DNA from: Archangiaceae bacterium
GTDB taxonomy: Bacteria > Myxococcota > Myxococcia > Myxococcales > Myxococcaceae
Length of the DNA: 22,086 nt
Reading direction: 5' to 3'
Assembly (NCBI GenBank): GCA_043750125.1
Contig: JAYVCD010000180.1
Location: 1 to 22,086 of the forward strand
The position numbers were made by a program, and so were the translations under genes. The notes beneath the pieces were generated by a model. The model had not been told where the DNA came from. It ran no database searches and saw only the letters and a list, made by a program, of their open reading frames with translations. Shown here one piece after another: positions 17,092-22,086 of this stretch. Each line of letters starts with the position of its first letter. The stretch's first letter is position 1.

Positions 17092-18653
17092 CTCAAAGGA
17101 GCAAAAGCTCGGGCTTCCAGATGTCCCGTGCCGGCGACATAAAGGGTGCCGTCGGCTGCTGCGGAAACGGCAGTGATGGGGTACCCCAGACTCCAGGAAG
17201 ACACCTTGCGACCTTCGACGAAGCCGTGGAGCCGTCCCCCCCGGTCCACCACGGCGAAGTCATCCAGGTGTTCCGACGGTCCCAGCGCGGCGTCGACCAC
17301 GTCGTTGACCGTCTCGACCCACTGGTAGAAGCCCATTCCCACTGAAATCAGCTTCGACTGGGTCACGAACACCTCGAGCTTGCCGGCATCAGAGAAGAGG
17401 TGCGAAGGTCTCACGATCCCGTGCTCGAGGCGCTTCACTCCGAGCTGTTGAAGGCTGCCGAATTCCGCTGGCAGGCTCGAAGAGCAGCGCACCTCGTCCT
17501 TCCAGTTGGTGAGCTTGAGGATGTCGGTCGCATCCCGGACGATGCTCGCGCAGAACACCTTCGCACCCCCTTCGAGGAAAATCTGGGCGCTGGCGGGGCC
17601 TACGGCCAGGGCGATTGGCTTTTTCATCACCGCGTCTGCGATTCCAGTGAAGGAGCCCCGCTCGGCGAAGTCCAGATCTAGTGTCCCGCTGGGCAGAAAA
17701 CGAGCGACCCGATCGTGGCCGGTGTCTGCGACGTACAGCCGGCCTTTGTCATCGCCCACAACCATCGAGGGCGCCAAGAGGCCCGGAAGCGAAAAGAGCG
17801 GGGCCAGCTTGCTGTCGAAGACCTTGACCTCGTCGCCGGCGATCGTCACCACGTAACGGGTCGCCTTGACCTCAGCCGGAAGCTCGCCGTCAATCAGGGT
17901 GAACGGAGGCTCGGCATATTTGGGGATGACGAACAGCCGAGCCACCGCGCCGACGGCGGTGGCGCTGGCGGTCACCGCCGGCAGAGCGCCCACGGTGAGG
18001 GTGGTGAAGGCCGAGACCCACCGGTCGTTGATACGGGTGCGGGCAGTGACGGCGTAGCGGCCGGTGTCCCAGCTGTGAGAGGCGCTCGCCGCCTCGGCGT
18101 CGAAGTGGCCATCGCCGTCGAAGTCCCACTGCCAGCTGAGCCCGGTGCTTTGGGCAGTGGCCGCGCGGAGCCTGGCGCTCTGGCCCGGCTCGGGCTGGGC
18201 CGGGTCAATCACGATCGTCGCGGGGACCTCCGCCGCGTCCGTGACGATTAAGGTCCGCTTGACCGGCTCATAGGTGCTGCCGCCCTTGCCAAACGGCACC
18301 ACCACGATCGTGGTCGTCCCATCGGCGAGCGGGACACGCGGCGCATAAAAGCGCCCGTCGGGCCGAACCAATACCGGCACCGAGGGGACACCGACGTGAC
18401 CGGTCGAACCGTAGAAGGCGTCCACCGGAGCGCCAACGACCGCGACCGACGCCACGGCTGCTGGGTCGAACCAACCGCTGACGGTGACCCACTTGCCCGA
18501 CGCGGGGCCGTCAGCGGGTTGATCGAGGATCAAGCCCTTCGCGGCCAGGTCTGCCGGAGGCGTTTCCATCACCGGTCCCGACGAACCTCCGCACTTGCTG
18601 CAGCCGGCAAATGCCAGCGTGGACAGCGCTAGACATGCTCGAAGACGTTTCAT
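17088..18653 (-). CDS. Lipoprotein with Ig-like domain, PKD domain and NHL/beta-propeller region
   Basis: Lipobox MKRLRACLALSTLAFAGC; PKD motif WQWDFDGDG...SHSW..GRYAVT; NHL motif PSMVVGDDKGRLYVADTGHDRVARF. ATG 18653 overlaps the upstream stop (ATGA). Confidence 0.85.
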   Translation of the reverse strand: MKRLRACLALSTLAFAGCSKCGGSSGPVMETPPADLAAKGLILDQPADGPASGKWVTVSGWFDPAAVASVAVVGAPVDAFYGSTGHVGVPSVPVLVRPDGRFYAPRVPLADGTTTIVVVPFGKGGSTYEPVKRTLIVTDAAEVPATIVIDPAQPEPGQSARLRAATAQSTGLSWQWDFDGDGHFDAEAASASHSWDTGRYAVTARTRINDRWVSAFTTLTVGALPAVTASATAVGAVARLFVIPKYAEPPFTLIDGELPAEVKATRYVVTIAGDEVKVFDSKLAPLFSLPGLLAPSMVVGDDKGRLYVADTGHDRVARFLPSGTLDLDFAERGSFTGIADAVMKKPIALAVGPASAQIFLEGGAKVFCASIVRDATDILKLTNWKDEVRCSSSLPAEFGSLQQLGVKRLEHGIVRPSHLFSDAGKLEVFVTQSKLISVGMGFYQWVETVNDVVDAALGPSEHLDDFAVVDRGGRLHGFVEGRKVSSWSLGYPITAVSAAADGTLYVAGTGHLEARAFAPLR

Positions 18654-19876
18654 TTTGGGCACCTGTATCCACTCGAGCAGAAAGGCTTCCCATCGTTGAG
18701 ACAGCACAACCACCCTTTGTCGAAATCGCACAGGTCGCACGGACACCCGGTGCAACCGACCGCGGGCATCGACTCGATGCATTGTCCATCGGAGCACTGG
18801 CTGCCGGCTTCGCATCCACTGTTGCAGCCTCCGCAATGATTGGGGTTGAGCCCGGCGAGGCAGAAGCCTCCGTCACAGGCCGTCGTGCCCAGCGAACAGC
18901 TCGCCTCGCACTTGCCCTTCGAGCACACCTGGCCCGGCGCACAAGCGGCGTCGCAGGCTCCACAGTTGGCGAAGTCGTCGGCCAGCGCGGTGCAGTTGCC
19001 GCCACAGCGGGTGAGGCCGTTCTGGCAGTCGCAGACCGAGGCTTTGCAGTCCTCGCCGACTGCGCACCGCTTGCCGCAGGCTCCGCAGTTCGCGAGGTCT
19101 CGCGAGAGGTCGATGCACTTCGCCCCGCAAGCGACGGTGCCGACCGGGCAGCTGCAGGTGCCCGAGACGCATTGCTGGGTTTGATCGCACCGCTTGCAGG
19201 CTGCCCCACAGTGTTCGCGGTCGGTGGTGAGGTTCCAACATTTCGCGTCGTGGCAGGCGTTGGTGGTGTCCATCACGCACGCGGCCACACAGGCGCCGTT
19301 CTCGCATTTTTGTCCGGTGGCGCAGGCCCTCGCGCAGTCACCGCAGTGGGAGGGATCTGCGAGCACCGGCTTACAATTGCCGGCGCAGTCCTTTTCTCCC
19401 GGGGCGCAGACGCACGTTCCAGCTCGACAGGCGGCGTTGGTGCTCTTGCAGTAGTTGAAGCAGGCCCCACACGAGACCGCCGACTGTTGATTGTCGATGC
19501 ACAGCACGGTGCACAGATCGCCCCGCCCTTCGCAGGAACACTTCCCGTCGACGCACGCCACTCCTTGCGCACAGAATCCGCACAGCGAAGGTGGCCCCTC
19601 CGTCGGCACGCAGCCTCCGCTGCGGCATTCCTGGTTGGGCGGGCAGTGGGTGCCGCAGCTGCCGCAGTTTTTTGGATCGCCCTGGGTCGAGACGCAGGAA
19701 CGAGCGCACTCGCTCTGTCCTGCAGAGCAGTTGGCTGCGGCGAGGCAGACCGATGCGTTGCACTTCAGCCGCCCCGGGCACAGGCCCTCTGCGTCGCAGG
19801 GAAAATCCTCGAGTCCCGAGCCTGTGCTGCTGCACGAGGCGAGGAATGCTGCGGCGCAGAGGAGGGCAGCCTTCAT
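18650..19876 (-). CDS. Cys-rich repeat lipoprotein (STIG1-like / MXAN_6577-like DxxNCGxCGxxC repeats)
   Basis: Lipobox MKAALLCAAAFLASC and seven repeats: DPKNCGSC, SAVSCGAC, DPSHCGDC, DREHCGAAC, DLANCGAC, DFANCGAC, NPNHCGGC. Start is 19876 (or 19891). Confidence 0.88.
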   Translation of the reverse strand: MKAALLCAAAFLASCSSTGSGLEDFPCDAEGLCPGRLKCNASVCLAAANCSAGQSECARSCVSTQGDPKNCGSCGTHCPPNQECRSGGCVPTEGPPSLCGFCAQGVACVDGKCSCEGRGDLCTVLCIDNQQSAVSCGACFNYCKSTNAACRAGTCVCAPGEKDCAGNCKPVLADPSHCGDCARACATGQKCENGACVAACVMDTTNACHDAKCWNLTTDREHCGAACKRCDQTQQCVSGTCSCPVGTVACGAKCIDLSRDLANCGACGKRCAVGEDCKASVCDCQNGLTRCGGNCTALADDFANCGACDAACAPGQVCSKGKCEASCSLGTTACDGGFCLAGLNPNHCGGCNSGCEAGSQCSDGQCIESMPAVGCTGCPCDLCDFDKGWLCCLNDGKPFCSSGYRCPK

Positions 19877-20546
19877 CAGGGGGCAGTTCATACGTGGGCC
19901 CGACGGCCTTTGCAGTACCAGTGGCGGGTCCCGCGATCGGCAGCACCTTTGGCGCGCGCGACATCGCTGTCCGGTCTTCATCGGGGTGGCGATCCCGCTG
20001 ATCTGGGTCGGGTTCCTTACTGCGGAACCTCGGCTTGCTGCCGACGTCCTCACCCCGGCCCATCGCGCTTCCACAGGTGCCCGCTGCTCTTGCCCCTGTG
20101 CCTTGTCCGGCGAAGTAATGGCCCGCGCTTCGAAGAAGCCGGTGCCTTCCCCAGTCGCGTGAGGCGAGGCCTGCCGCTGGAGCAGTGGGAGCGCTGCCAC
20201 GAAATGAAGCTTCTTCTTGCCGATCGTCACTGTGAGCGCGACCGCCAGGAAGAAAGCCGCGCAAGCGATTAGCCCGCTTAGTTTGAACGGGCTGGAGGGG
20301 GCGGTGAGAGAGATAAGCGCCATCGCCGACGCCATCGCGGTACCACGGATGAGAAGAGACTTCCTTTTCGCATCAACCCATTGGGCGCCGCCGGAGTGAA
20401 GAAAATGACCTTCGACCGGCTGGAAAGCCCCCGACGCTGAAACGCTTAGAACTCACTCACGGCACATTCCACGGACGAGAAGGGGGTCGACTCGACCTTG
20501 GCCTTCCCACCACATGGGGGTGTGGTGAAAGGGACAGGGTCAGTAG

Positions 20547-20666
20547 AAAACGGTGTCGCGACGGGCATTTCACACCGCCACACGACTACCCAACGGAGAC
20601 GTGCTCGTCATCGGGGGACTGACTTCGTCAGGCGAGTATTGGGAGCCGGTACTGTATCGAGAGTGA
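20547..20666 (+). pseudogene. Isolated C-terminal Kelch-repeat fragment
   Basis: Manual translation between TAG 20544 and TGA 20664 gives KTVSRRAFHTATRLPNGDVLVIGGLTSSGEYWEPVLYRE*, a canonical bacterial Kelch blade (R..HTAT.L.NG.VLV.GG). Confidence 0.75.
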
Positions 20667-20740
20667 TGACGCTCGCGCGCACCGCGCAGCTTGGCGTCAC
20701 GGCGTTCTCTCGTCTCACTCAAGCCGGGCGCGCCGCGCTG

Positions 20741-20868
20741 ATGCCCAGGCTGATCACGACGACCTCTGGATGCGCAAGCTGCCTGCTACCGCAGCCGAGG
20801 ACCTGCTCGAGCTGATCATGCGTCGCTCCGAACGCGGTCGACCCTCTCACCTCAAACCGCCCGGTCTG
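20741..20868 (+). mobile_element. istB: Degenerate IS21-family istB (AAA+ helper ATPase) fragment
   Basis: Manual translation with small frameshifts gives MPRLI/DDLWMRKLPATAAEDLLELIMRRSERG/TL/TSNRPV. This matches the IstB Walker B region (LIIDDLG) and the sensor region (RYERxSTxxTSNRP). Confidence 0.75.
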
Positions 20869-20896
20869 AAGTGTTACCCAAGCACCCGGCCGCACA

Positions 20897-20948
20897 GCGC
20901 TTGATGGCCGCCCGACCGGCGCTTGATGGCAGCTCGACCGGCGGGACA
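20897..20948 (+). repeat. Tandem 22-bp direct repeats followed by ...GGGACA; possible IS21 right end
   Basis: GCGCTTGATGGCCGCCCGACCG (20897-20918) and GCGCTTGATGGCAGCTCGACCG (20919-20940) are 20/22 identical. They lie just downstream of the istB remnant, with CA at 20947-20948. Confidence 0.6.
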
Positions 20949-20988
20949 AAACTCGTCGGTGTCTGTCTGAAATGCCTGCTGTTTTCAC

Positions 20989-21058
20989 CTCAGTGCTGGC
21001 CATCAGCATCCGCTCAGGTCGCAACGGGGATGAGATGCTGATGGCCGAAGAAACTGAG
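20989..21058. other. Extended inverted repeat/hairpin downstream of the CBS gene
   Basis: Perfect 13-bp arms GGCCATCAGCATC (20998-21010) and GATGCTGATGGCC (21034-21046), plus outer arms CTCAGT (20989-20994) and ACTGAG (21053-21058). Confidence 0.6.
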
Positions 21059-21089
21059 TCGTCGACGCTTCGACCCAGCTCTAAATCCG

Positions 21090-22086
21090 CTACGCCTTCG
21101 CGGCGAGGAACTCGATCAAATCAATCTTCGTCACCACCGCGGTGACCTTCTGACCTTCGCGAACCACCGCCACGTTGTCCTGGGCAAACACGTTGCGCAG
21201 AGTGGTGATGCTGGTCTCAGGAGTCACAATTCCCTGCAGCGGAGCCACCAGCTTGTCGATCGTGTCCGTCAGCTTGTGCGTCCCGCTGATCAACGCGTTG
21301 AGCAGGTCGTACTCGTGGACCATGCCAATCGAGCTGCCATCGCCTTCGACGACCGGCATCTGGCTGATTCCGTGGCGCTTCATGTCTTCGATCAGCGCTC
21401 CAATCTTCCCGCCCTTCTTGCCGATGATCAGCGTCTGCTTCCGGCCCTTGAGGATGTCGCCCACCGTGCCCGGGCCCTTGTCCTCGGCGAAGCCGTTGTC
21501 GCGCATCCACTCGTCTGAATAAAACTTCGAGACGTAGCTCGAGCCGCCGTCGGGCAGCAGCACCACCACCACCTTGCCCTTGCCCGCTTCCTTCGCGATC
21601 TCCAGCGCGACGTGCACTGCGGCGCCCGAGCTGCCGCCTGCGAAGATGCCTTCCTCTCGCGCCAGCCGCCGCGCCGCGACGAAGCACTGGCGGTCATCGA
21701 CCTGGCGAACCTCGTCCACCACCTTGAAGTCCATCGCGCCGCAGACCATGTCTTCGCCGATTCCCTCGACTTTGTAGGTGTGGGCCTCGCCGATTTTTCC
21801 GGTCTTGAAGAACCCGGTGTAGATCGAGCCGATCGGGTCCACTCCGATGTTCTGGATGTTCTTGTTCTTCTCTTTGAGGAACTTGCCCGCGCCGCTCATC
21901 GTCCCGCCGGTGCCCAGGCCGGTCACGAAGTAGTCGAGCTTCCCGTCCAGCTGCTCGTACAGCTCAGGCCCCGTCGTCAGGTAGTGGGCCTCGATGTTGT
22001 CGGGCGTGTGGTACTGGTTTGGGTAGAACGAGTTGGGCGTCTCGCGCGCCAGCCGCTTCGCCGTCTCGTAGTAGCTGCGGGGATCT
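21090..22086 (-). CDS. cbs: Cystathionine beta-synthase (PLP enzyme with C-terminal CBS pair); 5' end lies outside the window
   Basis: The frame is open from the window edge: DPRSYYETAKRLARETPNSFYPNQY...HYLTTGPE...GLGTGGT...YKVEGIGED...EGIFAGGSSG...LPDGGSSYVSKFYSDEWM. The CBS domains follow (GISQMPVV, VVTKIDL). Confidence 0.93.
   Translation of the reverse strand, partial: DPRSYYETAKRLARETPNSFYPNQYHTPDNIEAHYLTTGPELYEQLDGKLDYFVTGLGTGGTMSGAGKFLKEKNKNIQNIGVDPIGSIYTGFFKTGKIGEAHTYKVEGIGEDMVCGAMDFKVVDEVRQVDDRQCFVAARRLAREEGIFAGGSSGAAVHVALEIAKEAGKGKVVVVLLPDGGSSYVSKFYSDEWMRDNGFAEDKGPGTVGDILKGRKQTLIIGKKGGKIGALIEDMKRHGISQMPVVEGDGSSIGMVHEYDLLNALISGTHKLTDTIDKLVAPLQGIVTPETSITTLRNVFAQDNVAVVREGQKVTAVVTKIDLIEFLAAKA

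Noticed and set aside
18650-19876. Multiheme cytochrome c or ferredoxin, based on the CxxC density
   Set aside because: No CxxCH motifs and no ferredoxin spacing. The pattern fits disulfide-rich STIG1-like repeats.
18611-20272. 553-aa Ala-rich plus-strand ORF
   Set aside because: Antisense of the Cys-rich gene (TGC read as GCA), so an artefact.
19877-20335. 153-aa N-terminal extension of the Cys-rich lipoprotein shown in the ORF track
   Set aside because: A lipoprotein signal peptide starts at 19876. The upstream part looks like in-frame read-through of scar DNA.
20897-20940. 22-bp repeats as a CRISPR array
   Set aside because: Only two directly abutting copies, no spacers, and no cas genes.
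20989-21058. Hairpin as an integron attC site
   Set aside because: No RYYYAAC/GTTRRRY core sites at the ends, and no integrase or cassette array.

Overview
High-GC bacterial DNA, most likely from a myxobacterium (Myxococcota). This is inferred from a DUF2378/TIGR02265 gene, a Hanks-type Ser/Thr kinase, an FHA-type gene, and Cys-rich and vWA lipoproteins. Housekeeping-type genes: two RlmI/RlmK-family rRNA methyltransferases, a YtnP-like MBL hydrolase, an aldo/keto reductase, a GST, cystathionine gamma-lyase/synthase and cystathionine beta-synthase. Uncharacterised envelope or secreted modules: (i) a coupled porin + small PBP-like pair; (ii) a coupled three-gene minus-strand operon (14302-19876) of a Cys-rich repeat lipoprotein, an Ig/PKD/NHL lipoprotein and a 929-aa secreted protein with a Zn-dependent phospholipase C/P1-nuclease-like motif set, the best candidate here for an undescribed system; (iii) a broken M15/LAS-like peptidoglycan peptidase with two Cys-rich repeats. 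About six broken genes or remnants are present (AraC-like, vWA, peptidase, FHA, Kelch, IS21 istB), while the metabolic genes look intact. No rRNA, tRNA or CRISPR array was seen. All family calls come from recognising motifs by eye; no searches were run.
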